Part shown: positions 48,421 through 58,708 of the stretch, in pieces
Numbering within the stretch: the stretch's first letter is position 1
How the letters are laid out: every line of letters begins with the position of its first letter
Assembly (NCBI GenBank): GCA_963727455.1
Contig: CAVSGG010000008.1
Location: 416,001-480,000 of the forward strand
Length of the DNA: 64,000 nt
Source of the DNA: Candidatus Krumholzibacteriota bacterium
GTDB taxonomy: Bacteria > Krumholzibacteriota > Krumholzibacteriia > JAJRXK01
Direction of reading: 5' to 3'
Notes under the pieces: generated by a model
What the model saw: the letters and a program-made list of their open reading frames with translations, nothing else
Told to the model about the DNA's origin: nothing
The model's database searches: none
Position numbers and translations under genes: made by a program

Positions 48421-49688
48421 GCCGCGACCTGCCCCGTCTCTACCATCCGGCGCAACTTCTGCTTGGCGCTGCGCAGCTTCGCATAATACGCGGCGGAGAA
48501 TGCGGTATGCATCGCCTTGAGTTTCATGCGGTGCGCGAGGTAGGAACCGCGGCGCTCACTCAGGCCGGCACACTCTTCGGGCAACATGACCAAGCTCACG
48601 TGGATGTTGGGCGCGACCCCTATTGGCATGTGCTTCTGCATGCAGCGGTCATAGAGGCGAGCGAAGATAGGAACCATGTCCTCGGTGCTGGGAACGTCCA
48701 CCGATTCATAGTCGGTTCCTTTCAACGGGCGGAAAACGCAGACGGTGGGAACCGCTCCCTGCTCGGTGATCCAGTCGATGGCCTCGATGCTGTCGGCGGG
48801 ACTTTCCAGACCAGCGATGATCTCTCCGTTCGTGACCCAGGGCTCGAGTTTGGCCAGGTCACCGTTACCCAGGGACGCACAGTAGCGGATTGCCTCCAGG
48901 TAGCGGTCCAGGCCGTACTGGGTGTGCTTCCCGGGACACACCTCGATGAAGCGTTCGCGATTGAAGAGCTCGAAGCAGAAGCTCACGCGGTTGACACCCA
49001 TCTTCTTGAGCCGGTCATAGCGAGAAAGATCGGCGTGTGGGGGTGTCTGTACTCCAACGAGTAGACCGGTTTCTTTCTTGATGGCGGCGATGTAGGGCTC
49101 GAGAAGATCCAAGTAGCTTTCGCCCGGATAGTGACCCGTGTTGAAATCCACGTAGGTGATTCCGCTCTCCAGCACCGCGGCCCGCACCACCTCCATCACC
49201 TCCTCCACTTCCTTCTCGTCGGCGTCATCGTGGCCCAAGTTCAGTCCCACGCTGCAGAAGTGGCAGTTCACCTTGGTGTCGCGCGTCCAATACTCGCATA
49301 CCTTGCCGGGATAGATTCCCAGATAGGTCCCCTGCAGACTTCCGATCTGTCGCATCTTTCGTCCCGAGCTGGTGGTGCGCTCGTACCAAGACGGCTTTGG
49401 CGACAGCCTCGGTTTGCAGATGAACTCGCCCTCACGTTCCAGCACCAGCTGATCGCCGTCCATTCGCAAGAGGTAGGGAGAGCGATCCACGAAACTCTCG
49501 GCCACCGGGACATTGGTCCACAACCCATCTGGGAGAATCAGTTCGAGTCCACTACCCAATCCCGCTCGTGTGCGTAGAATAGGACGGCCACCGGCCCGCT
49601 CGAGATAACAGCTCTCGTCGATGCGAGCGCCCTTGCAGTAGAGGTCGAGCTTGAGATAAGACGGATTACTCTTGGGATCCAAACGCAC
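48417..49688 (-). CDS. radical SAM protein (biotin-synthase-related, uncharacterised) with extended Cys motif
   Basis: CEYWTRDTKVNCHFC, PGK, IIAGLES, FRPLKGT. Confidence 0.85.
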   Translation of the reverse strand: MRLDPKSNPSYLKLDLYCKGARIDESCYLERAGGRPILRTRAGLGSGLELILPDGLWTNVPVAESFVDRSPYLLRMDGDQLVLEREGEFICKPRLSPKPSWYERTTSSGRKMRQIGSLQGTYLGIYPGKVCEYWTRDTKVNCHFCSVGLNLGHDDADEKEVEEVMEVVRAAVLESGITYVDFNTGHYPGESYLDLLEPYIAAIKKETGLLVGVQTPPHADLSRYDRLKKMGVNRVSFCFELFNRERFIEVCPGKHTQYGLDRYLEAIRYCASLGNGDLAKLEPWVTNGEIIAGLESPADSIEAIDWITEQGAVPTVCVFRPLKGTDYESVDVPSTEDMVPIFARLYDRCMQKHMPIGVAPNIHVSLVMLPEECAGLSERRGSYLAHRMKLKAMHTAFSAAYYAKLRSAKQKLRRMVETGQVAA

Positions 49689-49808
49689 CAGCGGCCTCCG
49701 GGGGGGAAAGCTCCGCCATCATGGCGAAGAAAGTTCGATCAGGAGCGGCGAAGCTGCTTCAAGTATGGGAGTCTGAGAGGGTGTGGGTCAAGGAACCAGG
49801 GAGGAATC

Positions 49809-50804
49809 ATGCGTTTCGAATGGACCGTGAGCGATGCGGATGCCGGCCGACGCCTGGATCGCTTTCTTTTCAGCCGCTTCAAATCGCAGCTCGAATCGGT
49901 CTCTTCTTCCCGCATCCAGCGCATGTTGCGCATGGGCGATGTCAAAGTGAACGGGACCAAGGCCCGGGCGGGCATCAGCTTGCGAGCGGGGGACGTGGTC
50001 GTGGCCCATCACCCTGCACCCGGATCCGTGCCGCCCGCGGGCGAGGAAAGAGGGCGCGGCCTGCCCCCGGCTCCCAGCTACGAGGGACCGCCGATCGACG
50101 TGCTGCACGAGACGGACGGGTTCCTCGTGGTAAACAAGCCGGCCCGCGTGAGTTGCGATCACGGCGAGGGGGGCAATCCCGGTCTCTTGAACTGGGCGTG
50201 GTTGCGCTACGAGGAGGACGCGGTGGCAGGCAAGGTGCGGCCCGCCGCTGCACACCGTCTCGATGCGGGAACCACCGGCGCGGTTTGTCTTGGACTGACC
50301 GCACGCGCGCTGGAGAGTTTCCGCCGCGCCCAAGAAGAGCAGAGGATACACAAACTCTACTGGGTAGTGGTCTGGGGGCGACCTATGGAAAGAGAATTCG
50401 AGATATCGATTCCCCTGCGCCGTCTCCCGCATGCCAGGAGAAAAGCTCCCAAAGTCGTCGTAGCCGAAAATAAAGACGAAGGAATGACCGCGCACACGCG
50501 ATTTCGTTGGATCGCAGCTGGCGACGGATCCTCCCTCCTTCAGGCCGAAGTCTTGACCGGACGCACCCACCAGATCAGAGCTCACTGCAAAGCACACGGG
50601 CTTCCGATCGTGGGCGATCCCCGCTACGGAGATCGCGCCAAAGACGAGAACGCGGGTTTGGCTTCGATACTCGACCATCAGCTGCTGCACGCAAGGCAGC
50701 TCGAACTCGCCGATTCTCGCAGGGGATTCACGGTCACGGCGCAACTACCCATCGAATACCGGCGCGCGTTGCAACGACTGCGAATCGACCTGGGTGAGGA
50801 TTGA
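49809..50804 (+). CDS. RluA/RluC/RluD family pseudouridine synthase
   Basis: S4 domain (RLDRFL), VNKP, HRLD, GRTHQIR, PIVGDPRYG, LHA. Confidence 0.93.
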   Translation: MRFEWTVSDADAGRRLDRFLFSRFKSQLESVSSSRIQRMLRMGDVKVNGTKARAGISLRAGDVVVAHHPAPGSVPPAGEERGRGLPPAPSYEGPPIDVLHETDGFLVVNKPARVSCDHGEGGNPGLLNWAWLRYEEDAVAGKVRPAAAHRLDAGTTGAVCLGLTARALESFRRAQEEQRIHKLYWVVVWGRPMEREFEISIPLRRLPHARRKAPKVVVAENKDEGMTAHTRFRWIAAGDGSSLLQAEVLTGRTHQIRAHCKAHGLPIVGDPRYGDRAKDENAGLASILDHQLLHARQLELADSRRGFTVTAQLPIEYRRALQRLRIDLGED

Positions 50805-50951
50805 GCAGGAAACGCTCAACGTTGCTCGGCGCAGCCTGTACGATTAGACTGAAGATCTGCGCGAGAGTTCCGGCTAGCCCAAGAGCTGAAGCCGAAGTCT
50901 CGGGCGAGAGCAAGTACTGACCCCCATCGATGCGCAAGTAAGGAGAGATCC

Positions 50952-51377
50952 ATGGATCGACGTCAATTCATCCAAGTGGGACTCGTAGGCACCGCAGGTG
51001 CGCTGGTCATTCCCAAAATGGTCCTCGCGCAAATTCCCGACAGCCCCATGGCGGGCGGGGTATATTACACCGAAAAAGCGCCGGGACGTTGGAGTAAAAA
51101 AGTTGCGCTTCATTTGCCCAGCATCGAAATCGAGAAGGGCAGCGATGCGCTTTCGGTTCAGGTCCGTACCTCGCATCCAATGGACGGCTACGAGCACTAC
51201 ATCGTGAAACACGTACTCCTGGACAAGAACTTCAGCTTTCTCGATGAAAACATGTTCGATCCCACGAAGGACAAGGCGCCTTTCTCCACCTTCAAGCTGC
51301 CGAGCTACGAAGGCGCTTTGTACGCGCTCAGTGTATGCAACAAGCACGACACCTGGCTGAACATGCTCGAGGTCTGA
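50952..51377 (+). CDS. Tat-exported superoxide reductase (desulfoferrodoxin/neelaredoxin-like)
   Basis: MDRRQFI twin-arginine signal; Fe ligands in HLP, HPM...HYI and CNKH. Confidence 0.85.
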   Translation: MDRRQFIQVGLVGTAGALVIPKMVLAQIPDSPMAGGVYYTEKAPGRWSKKVALHLPSIEIEKGSDALSVQVRTSHPMDGYEHYIVKHVLLDKNFSFLDENMFDPTKDKAPFSTFKLPSYEGALYALSVCNKHDTWLNMLEV

Positions 51378-51408
51378 CGGGCTGATTCGATGCCACTGGG
51401 GCCGCAAC

Positions 51409-53019
51409 TCAGCGGCTGACGCGGGACATGAGATTACGGACTCTGGTCGCGACGACCTGCCGGGTGCGCCGTCGCCAGTCGACACCGACCACCTCTTTGG
51501 GAAGAACGATCCAAGCGATGAGGGTTCCCCCCATGGCGGTCAGGATGGAGTCGACGAGGAGTAAGGACCAGCTGTCGGGTCGCCAGGCGTGGGTGGCGCC
51601 CCAGCCACTCGCGAGAGTGGCGAAGAACACGATGAGCCCCGGCCCCAGCGCTTGCACGTAAAGTTGGCGAATGGAGTAACTCAGGACTCGGCTCATGTAG
51701 GAAGGGAACCAGAAGAGATCGATCAGCAGATAAGCGACTAGAGTTGCAATGGCCACTCCGTAGATCTCGTAATAGCGCATGAGGACCAGGCTCAACAAAA
51801 CCTTCAGAATCCCCGATCCCACTCGCATCGTGTTATAGGTTCCGATCCGCGCCGTGCCAGTGAGCACCGAATAGCCGAGCCGGGAATTTGGATTGAAGAG
51901 CTGCGGAAAGATCAAAATGGCCATGAGTACGCCGCATTCTCCATACTGGGGCCCGATCCAGAGCCGAAAGAACGCCTGCCCCAGAATGATACCGCCGGCA
52001 GCCAGAATCCCGCCCATCGCATACATAAATACGCTTCCCTCGAGAAATACGGTTCGAACTCCGCGCGTTCCACTGCGGGCGAAGCTCTGCGCGGCATAGG
52101 GATCGACGACGCGCACGATGCTGCTGACGAAACTCCCGACGTATCGCAACATCGTGGAGGCCAAGGCATACACCGTGATACGTTCGGGCGGGAAGTAGAT
52201 GCCGATGAGCACGAGATCGGCCTGCGTCATCAGCAGATCGGCTCCGATCCCCATCAGCGATTTTCCACCGAAGGTGAAGAGTGCTCGCAGAGCCGCGCGA
52301 TCCGCCTTGCGCAAGTCGAGGCGCCAATGCGGCTCCTGCCGGCGCGCGGCCAAGTAGTAGAGCACTCCGGTGAGGACCGCGACTCCGAGGGTGAGATAGG
52401 CCAGCGCAAGAATCCCGAATCCCGCCTTGAACAAGATCACAATGAGGCCCGCGCGCAGAATCAAACCACCCACCGCGATGCCGTTCATCGTGTCAAAACG
52501 CTGATTGGCAACCAGGAGACAGCTAAATACCGCAAAGCCGAAAGTCGCGCCCACCGCCATCGACGCGATCACGATGGTATGCCGCGCCAATTGCAACAGG
52601 TTCGGCGGAATGTTGAACTTGTCCGCGCCAAAGACCGCTACCAGGACACCTCCCAGCGCGCAGAGTCCCGCGGCAGGCAAGAGAATGCTCAGTGCCGCGT
52701 TTACATAGCGCGTCTCCATCTTGGGATCTTCATGTCCGATTGCGTAAGCGAGGTAGCGGGTGGTGGCGCTTTGAATTCCACCCGCAAAGAGTCCGTAGTG
52801 ACCAGTGAACGCCACGATGAGCGACCAGACTCCATAGAGCCGATCGCCCAGATTCCTCACGATGAAGGGCGCCATTACGAAACCGATTACGAGCGGAAAG
52901 AAGAAGCCCGCCTGATTTGCAACGAGATTTCCAAACACCCTGCGGCTCAGGGATGACTGCGGCCGTGACACCTCTAAAGGTGTCTGCGGAGCTTCGGTCT
53001 CGATACGGTCCGATTTCAT
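51409..53019 (-). CDS. Wzx-like oligosaccharide flippase
   Basis: PFIVRNLG..YGVW, many TM helices, FFRLWIGPQY, GVAIAT. ATGA overlap with the upstream GT2. Confidence 0.88.
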   Translation of the reverse strand: MKSDRIETEAPQTPLEVSRPQSSLSRRVFGNLVANQAGFFFPLVIGFVMAPFIVRNLGDRLYGVWSLIVAFTGHYGLFAGGIQSATTRYLAYAIGHEDPKMETRYVNAALSILLPAAGLCALGGVLVAVFGADKFNIPPNLLQLARHTIVIASMAVGATFGFAVFSCLLVANQRFDTMNGIAVGGLILRAGLIVILFKAGFGILALAYLTLGVAVLTGVLYYLAARRQEPHWRLDLRKADRAALRALFTFGGKSLMGIGADLLMTQADLVLIGIYFPPERITVYALASTMLRYVGSFVSSIVRVVDPYAAQSFARSGTRGVRTVFLEGSVFMYAMGGILAAGGIILGQAFFRLWIGPQYGECGVLMAILIFPQLFNPNSRLGYSVLTGTARIGTYNTMRVGSGILKVLLSLVLMRYYEIYGVAIATLVAYLLIDLFWFPSYMSRVLSYSIRQLYVQALGPGLIVFFATLASGWGATHAWRPDSWSLLLVDSILTAMGGTLIAWIVLPKEVVGVDWRRRTRQVVATRVRNLMSRVSR

Positions 53020-54002
53020 GCTGCCGTACGTTCCCGATAGTGTGAACTGAGGCGGCTCAGGCTGAGGGAGAGGAACTTGGCCAGCGGCGGAGGAAGAGAC
53101 ATCACGGCGTTCTTCAAGCTGAGTTTCAAATCCCACCGGGATCTGGGAACTTCATGGATCAAGTTGCGAAACGCCGGGACATCGGCGCACTCAAAGGCCA
53201 CCTCGGCCGCGACCCGGCTCCGATAGGAAATCTCATCGTCGATGATGGCGGAGTAGTCCACCTTGGTGGCATGGCTGGCGCGAGCGTGATACAGGATTTC
53301 GATCTCCCCCTGCAGAGTTGCCAGTAAGTCCCCGGAGAAATTCTGCCCATGCCTCCTAATTCCCACTGTGGCCGCCTCCAAGGCAGCCACTTTCGAGTGT
53401 TCCACACTGCGCAAGATGAAGTCGAGGTCCTCCGAAGGGGTGCGGCTGAATTGGGGATCGAAGCCCCCGACGCTCTCGAAATGCTTCCGCGACATCACCA
53501 CCGCCGAGGGAAAGATCGGTTGAAAACGCAACACCCGGCCGTACATGTCATCGATCGGCCACCAGCCTCCAGGAATGACCTCCGCCCCGACCCAAAAGCC
53601 CTCCGGTGCCTCCTCGAACTTGGATCGTTCCTCCCAAACTCCGTCTCGCACGATGCGGAAGTTGGAGAAGGAGAAAGGGACCTCGCCGAATCGCTCTCTC
53701 AACTCGGCATGCAGTTCCAGGTGATTTGCTGCCCATAGATCGTCGCTGTCACAGAAGACCACCCACGGCGAACGGCTCAAGGAAAAACCGTGATTCCGTG
53801 CCCGGCAGACCCCTCCATTTCGAACTCTGGTGTACTGAACCGCGTCACCGAAGGGGGCGATGACCCGCTGCGTCTCATCCGTCGATCCGTCGTCCACGAC
53901 GATGATTTCTTGTGGAGGTAGACTCTGGCTCAGGATGCTGCGAATCGTCTCACCGATGAGGTGAGCCCGATTGTAACTGGGGATGATCACGCTGATGTCC
54001 AT
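53016..54002 (-). CDS. GT2 family glycosyltransferase
   Basis: SVIIPSYN, VVDDGSTD, FCDSDD, EDLDF. Confidence 0.93.
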   Translation of the reverse strand: MDISVIIPSYNRAHLIGETIRSILSQSLPPQEIIVVDDGSTDETQRVIAPFGDAVQYTRVRNGGVCRARNHGFSLSRSPWVVFCDSDDLWAANHLELHAELRERFGEVPFSFSNFRIVRDGVWEERSKFEEAPEGFWVGAEVIPGGWWPIDDMYGRVLRFQPIFPSAVVMSRKHFESVGGFDPQFSRTPSEDLDFILRSVEHSKVAALEAATVGIRRHGQNFSGDLLATLQGEIEILYHARASHATKVDYSAIIDDEISYRSRVAAEVAFECADVPAFRNLIHEVPRSRWDLKLSLKNAVMSLPPPLAKFLSLSLSRLSSHYRERTAA

Positions 54003-54029
54003 GCCTGCCTCGAAGGTGTTCGGACCGGA

Positions 54030-54989
54030 TCAATCTCGGCGAGAGACGCCGCCGCCAGATACCTTTCGGCTCGCGCGATGCTGGGCCATCGCTCCCAGAA
54101 TGCTCCAGAGTTTCGTCTCCCACGCAAACGCGACTGTAGGCGAGCGAAACAGCCAACGCCATCCACTGGCAAGCGCATACTCGGCCGCCTGGCGATAGAG
54201 GTAGCGCGGAACACCCAAAAAGAACGCCCCTTCCGCGGGAAACTGAGTACCTCTCAAAACGGAACTCCGACCGTGGGCATAGAACCAGCGGCGAAAGTAG
54301 TTGAGCCGCGTGCGACGAGAGCCGAAGCAGTGCAGGACCACGCTCTCCGGCTGATAGTACACGCGCCGGCCTGCACGCAAAATCCTATCGCACATCTCCG
54401 TGTCCTCACCCATCAGGAGACCGCTCCCGGCGCGATTCAGGGTAACGGACCAGCGACCCAGTTTGTCCACCGTGTCCCTGAGGATTGCGACGTTCGCTCC
54501 GAAGAAACCGTCGTCGCCGATCTTCAAATCGAGAGGCTCGTTCCCCAGGTCCAGAAGGGCCAGGGCCGGATCGAGCCTGGACGAGTACCAGGAGGGAACG
54601 CCGCCGGGCCAACGAGGCAGAATTCGCCCGAAGACCGCGTCGACAGCCTGCGCCTCGAAGGCCTGAAGCGTGGCCCTGAGCCAAGCGGGGTCAGCCTCGA
54701 CGTCATCGTCGGTGAGAAACACGATCCGTCCCTCACAGAGATCGAGGCCGCTATTTAACGCGTGGCTCTTGCCCTGCTTCTCCTCACGACCAGCAACCAG
54801 AGGTAAACGCTCCTGGAACGAGGCGATGGTCTCCTGGGTTTGGTCGGTCGAGGAGTTATCCACTACGACGACCTGCCAGCGCAAACCCGGCTCGACCTCG
54901 AGCCGCACGAAGCTCTCGAGAGTCCTCCGCAGGCTCTCCGAGCGGTTGTAGGTGCACACGAGGATCGAGAGGTCCATCTGCGTCATCAA
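54030..54989 (-). CDS. GT2 family glycosyltransferase
   Basis: SILVCTYNR, VVDNSSTD, LTDDD, GANVA, GEDTE. Confidence 0.93.
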   Translation of the reverse strand: MMTQMDLSILVCTYNRSESLRRTLESFVRLEVEPGLRWQVVVVDNSSTDQTQETIASFQERLPLVAGREEKQGKSHALNSGLDLCEGRIVFLTDDDVEADPAWLRATLQAFEAQAVDAVFGRILPRWPGGVPSWYSSRLDPALALLDLGNEPLDLKIGDDGFFGANVAILRDTVDKLGRWSVTLNRAGSGLLMGEDTEMCDRILRAGRRVYYQPESVVLHCFGSRRTRLNYFRRWFYAHGRSSVLRGTQFPAEGAFFLGVPRYLYRQAAEYALASGWRWLFRSPTVAFAWETKLWSILGAMAQHRASRKVSGGGVSRRD

Positions 54990-55280
54990 TTCCGGGCAAA
55001 AGACAGGAACGTCTCTCCGTGGCAGAGAGTGGCGTTATGTCCCTAGCATGCTTCGAGCCTAAGGGGTGTTTCCCAAAATGTCACCTAAGTGAACAGAGGA
55101 CCCCGAGATAGCCGATTCAATCCGGTAGTTTCTTCTCGCGAGAGAGCGAGCGCTTATCCCCGCGACCGAACGGACCGTGGTCGCGCTGGCGCAGGCCTGC
55201 TACACTCCCTCCTCCCCACGGGACAGAAGCTGCGCGGCGGATGTCCGCCGTTCTCCTCCCCCGAGCCAATAGGAAGTGCG

Positions 55281-56669
55281 ATGTACCTGCTTAGGCCGTT
55301 GCCCCTCGCCCGACGCGTTCTGCGACCCTTGGCGATCTTGCTCGCGGGCGCTCTCGTCCTTCTTTCCATCTCCTTCGGCAGTGCCACCGCAGCGGACCCC
55401 CCACCCGAAATTCAAGAGCACGTGCTTCAGAACGGGATGAAGGTGCTGCTCTGGCCGGTGAGCAGCATCCCGAACCTCTCCCTCTATACCTTTTGGCACG
55501 TCGGCAGCCGCAACGAGGCTCCCGGCATCACCGGCCTGGCTCACTTCTTCGAGCACATGATGTTCAACGGATCCAAGCACTACCCTCCGGGAGCTTTCGA
55601 CCGCACGATGGAGGCAGCGGGAGGATCCAACAACGCGTATACGAGCCGGAACCTCACGGTCTACCAGGATTGGATTCCGGCCAGCGCCCTGGCAACGACG
55701 CTCGACCTGGAGGCGGACCGCATCGCTTCCCTCTCCATAGATCCGAAGGTCGTCGAGAGCGAGCGCGGCGTGGTGATGAGCGAAAGACGAAGGAGCATCG
55801 AGGATTCTAATCCGCGGCTCATGCTGCTGCAGCTCTGGGCCGCGGCTTTCACGGCCCATCCCTACCAGTGGCCTGTCATCGGTTGGCGCAGCGACATCGA
55901 GAATTGGCGCCAGGAAGATCTCGAGACCTTCCACGAGCGCTTCTACGCGCCCAACAACGCCACGATGGTCCTGGTGGGCGCCTTCGATCCCGACGAGGTG
56001 CTCCCCATGATGCGCGAAAAACTGGGCACCATCCCCGCGCGTGAAATCGGCCGTGACGTGGTGACCGTAGAACCCGAGCAGCATGGAGAGCGACGCGTGA
56101 TCCTGCACAAAGAGGCGCAGTTGGCGAGCGTGGCCATGGCCTGGCACGTTCCGCAGGCATCGAGTGAGGACTATCCCGCCCTGCGGCTGCTGGATCTCGT
56201 CCTCACGAACGGGGAGAGCTCACGGCTCTATCGTCGACTCGTCGACCAGGATCAGACGGCTCTGTCGATCTGGGGGGATTTGGGTGAGGCCTTCGATCCC
56301 ACGCTCTACACCCTCTTCGCGGAAGTCAGAAAGGACGCATCGAGCGTCGAGATCGAGAACGCGCTCTATGAGGAAATCGACCGGGTAGCGAAGGAGGGAA
56401 TCGAGGAGCGCGAGCTGCAAAAGGCCAAGAACATCCTCTTGGCCGACTTTTACCGTGGACTCTCCACTTTGAGCGGCAAGGCACAATCGCTGGGCGATTA
56501 CGAGATGTTTCACGACGGATGGCGCCACCTTTTCAGCGCGGCGGATGATTACGAAAAGGTGAGCGCCGATGATCTAAAACGCGTCGCCGCCCGCTACCTC
56601 ACCCAGGACAACCGTACCGTCGTCACTCTCGTCCCGATTCAAGCGGAGCAATCCGATGAGAACAACTAG
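55281..56669 (+). CDS. M16 family zinc peptidase, catalytic subunit (secreted)
   Basis: HFFEH inverted zinc motif, NAYT, YAPNNA, signal peptide. Confidence 0.93.
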   Translation: MYLLRPLPLARRVLRPLAILLAGALVLLSISFGSATAADPPPEIQEHVLQNGMKVLLWPVSSIPNLSLYTFWHVGSRNEAPGITGLAHFFEHMMFNGSKHYPPGAFDRTMEAAGGSNNAYTSRNLTVYQDWIPASALATTLDLEADRIASLSIDPKVVESERGVVMSERRRSIEDSNPRLMLLQLWAAAFTAHPYQWPVIGWRSDIENWRQEDLETFHERFYAPNNATMVLVGAFDPDEVLPMMREKLGTIPAREIGRDVVTVEPEQHGERRVILHKEAQLASVAMAWHVPQASSEDYPALRLLDLVLTNGESSRLYRRLVDQDQTALSIWGDLGEAFDPTLYTLFAEVRKDASSVEIENALYEEIDRVAKEGIEERELQKAKNILLADFYRGLSTLSGKAQSLGDYEMFHDGWRHLFSAADDYEKVSADDLKRVAARYLTQDNRTVVTLVPIQAEQSDENN

Positions 56670-58125
56670 TCAGCCTGCGCTCGATTTCAGCTCGAACTCG
56701 CATCTTTGGTCGTACGGAGCGTTCTTGCGCGTTCTCAGCCTCGTGCTGTTCGTCGCTTGCCTCGAAGCAACGCTCTTTTGCACTTCGGCGCGGGCAGAAG
56801 CGCCCAGCTTGCAGCTGCCGGTGTACCAGACCCTCAAGCTGGACAACGGCCTAACGCTCCTGCTCATGAAGCACGGTGCGGAACCCCTGGTGAATTTGGA
56901 GATGTGGATCCTGGATGGCTCGGCCGCCGATCCCGCGAAGCACGCAGGGCTAGCCTCTCTGTGCGCGGAGTCGCTTCGCAAGGGCGCGGGGGAACGTGAT
57001 GCCGCCGCATTTGCCGAAGCACTGGACTTTCTGGGCGCGAACCTATCGACTGGAGTCGACCACGACCGTACTGCGATTTCCTTCCAGTGCCTCAGCAAGG
57101 ACTTCGACGAAGGCTTGGCCCTCTTCGCCGATGCCCTGTTGCGACCGCGCTTCGACCCACAAGAGGTGCAGAAGCTGGCCCAGCAAATGTCAGAGGGCGT
57201 GAGCCAGGCCAAGGACAATCCTCGCTTCGTGCTCGATGAATATCACGATGCTCACCTCTACGGGGACCATCCCTACGGCCAGCCGGTCGAAGGAACCGAG
57301 AAGAGCCTCACAGGGGTGAAGGCGGGAGAGCTTCGCTCCTTCTATCGCGATCACTATGGCGCCGACCGCGCCATCCTCGCGATTGTCGGGAACTTCGAAA
57401 TGGATCACGCGACGAGCCTGGTGCAAAAGACCTTTGCCTCCATGCCGGCGGCACGGGTTGCTAGAGCCAAGGTTCTCCCGCCCAAGCCCGTGAAGGGACG
57501 GGATGTCTTGCTGGTGGACAAGCCCGATACGCCGCAGACCTGGTTCCATATCGGCAATCTCGGTCCCAAGTGGGGCAATCCGGATTACGCGGCGGTGGAA
57601 CTCGTGCGCACGGTTTTCGGAGGGCGTTTTACCTCCTGGCTCAATACCAAGCTTCGCATCGAGAGCGGCCTCTCCTATGGGGCGGGCTACACCATCGACC
57701 GCCGACGGCAGGCGGGATCGGCCTTCATCTCCTCCTTCACTGCCAAGGAGACGACGGAGAAGGCGCTGGATTTGGCTCTGGAGACCTTGAAGCGCCTGCA
57801 CCAAGAGGGACTCAGTCAGGACGAGCTGAACTCGGCCAGGGCCTATCTGAAGGGACAAACTCCCTACCGCTACGAGTCGAACGGCTCTTTGGCGCGGGTC
57901 CTGTGCCTCATTACCGCTTACGGCTTGGGACCTGAGTTCGTAAACGGCAGGTTCGCCGCGCTCGACCGCGTCACCCTCGACGATTGCAAGGCCGCGATCG
58001 CCAAGTGGTACCCCGAGGAAAATCTCTCCTTCACCTGCATCGGCGTGGCGAGCGAAGTGAAGGACGTGTTGGCCAAGTACGGGAAGTTGCGAGTACGCGA
58101 AAACGACGAGCTCGGATTCCACTAG
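56656..58125 (+). CDS. M16 family peptidase, non-catalytic partner subunit
   Basis: M16 fold without HxxEH; LRIESGLSYG (R/Y pair). Confidence 0.88.
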   Translation: MRTTSQPALDFSSNSHLWSYGAFLRVLSLVLFVACLEATLFCTSARAEAPSLQLPVYQTLKLDNGLTLLLMKHGAEPLVNLEMWILDGSAADPAKHAGLASLCAESLRKGAGERDAAAFAEALDFLGANLSTGVDHDRTAISFQCLSKDFDEGLALFADALLRPRFDPQEVQKLAQQMSEGVSQAKDNPRFVLDEYHDAHLYGDHPYGQPVEGTEKSLTGVKAGELRSFYRDHYGADRAILAIVGNFEMDHATSLVQKTFASMPAARVARAKVLPPKPVKGRDVLLVDKPDTPQTWFHIGNLGPKWGNPDYAAVELVRTVFGGRFTSWLNTKLRIESGLSYGAGYTIDRRRQAGSAFISSFTAKETTEKALDLALETLKRLHQEGLSQDELNSARAYLKGQTPYRYESNGSLARVLCLITAYGLGPEFVNGRFAALDRVTLDDCKAAIAKWYPEENLSFTCIGVASEVKDVLAKYGKLRVRENDELGFH

Positions 58126-58147
58126 GAGGAAATCACTCGAAACGGAG

Positions 58148-58522
58148 TCAGTTCTCGATGGCTTGTGGGCGCTGATCGTCCCCGACGTTGACGTAGACTA
58201 CCCGGGCTTCGGTTACCAGTACCGATTTCCGCAAGTCCTCGCATTGCGCGTGTACCCGCACCACCACCGTGATCGAGGTCCGTCCGATCTTCTCCACTTC
58301 CGCGTAGAAACTGACGAGGTCACCCACGCGGACCGGCTCGTGAAATTCGATCTGATCCATGGCGACGGTGACCACTTTACGGCAACCGGCCCGATGCGCC
58401 GCTACCGCTCCCGCCTGGTCGATGTACGAGAGAATGATGCCACCGAAAATGGTGCCGTGGGCGTTGGTGTCCCGCGGCATCATCAGCACTCGGATCTCGG
58501 GTTCGTTTTTCTCCGTCTTCAT
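58148..58522 (-). CDS. acyl-CoA thioesterase (YciA-like hotdog fold)
   Basis: MPRDTNAHGTIFGG, VVTVAMD, GRTS. Confidence 0.92.
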   Translation of the reverse strand: MKTEKNEPEIRVLMMPRDTNAHGTIFGGIILSYIDQAGAVAAHRAGCRKVVTVAMDQIEFHEPVRVGDLVSFYAEVEKIGRTSITVVVRVHAQCEDLRKSVLVTEARVVYVNVGDDQRPQAIEN

Positions 58523-58708
58523 GGCGCAGTCAGCCTAGAGTTTTCGCACCAAACCGGCAAGTGTGGATCAAAGATGGGTTCCTTTGCCGTGAGAGGTGTG
58601 GCCAGGCTCCGCGCTTGGGCATATCATGCCCGCTGAAATCTCTACGATCGCCCATTGTGAGAGAGCCGAACCCCCTCGGACTGTCGAAGAAAGCTCATGG
58701 ATGGAGGC

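Noticed and set aside
55281-58125. Second M16 gene lacking HxxEH as a novel pseudoenzyme
   Set aside because: Active/inactive M16B heterodimer pairs are well established.
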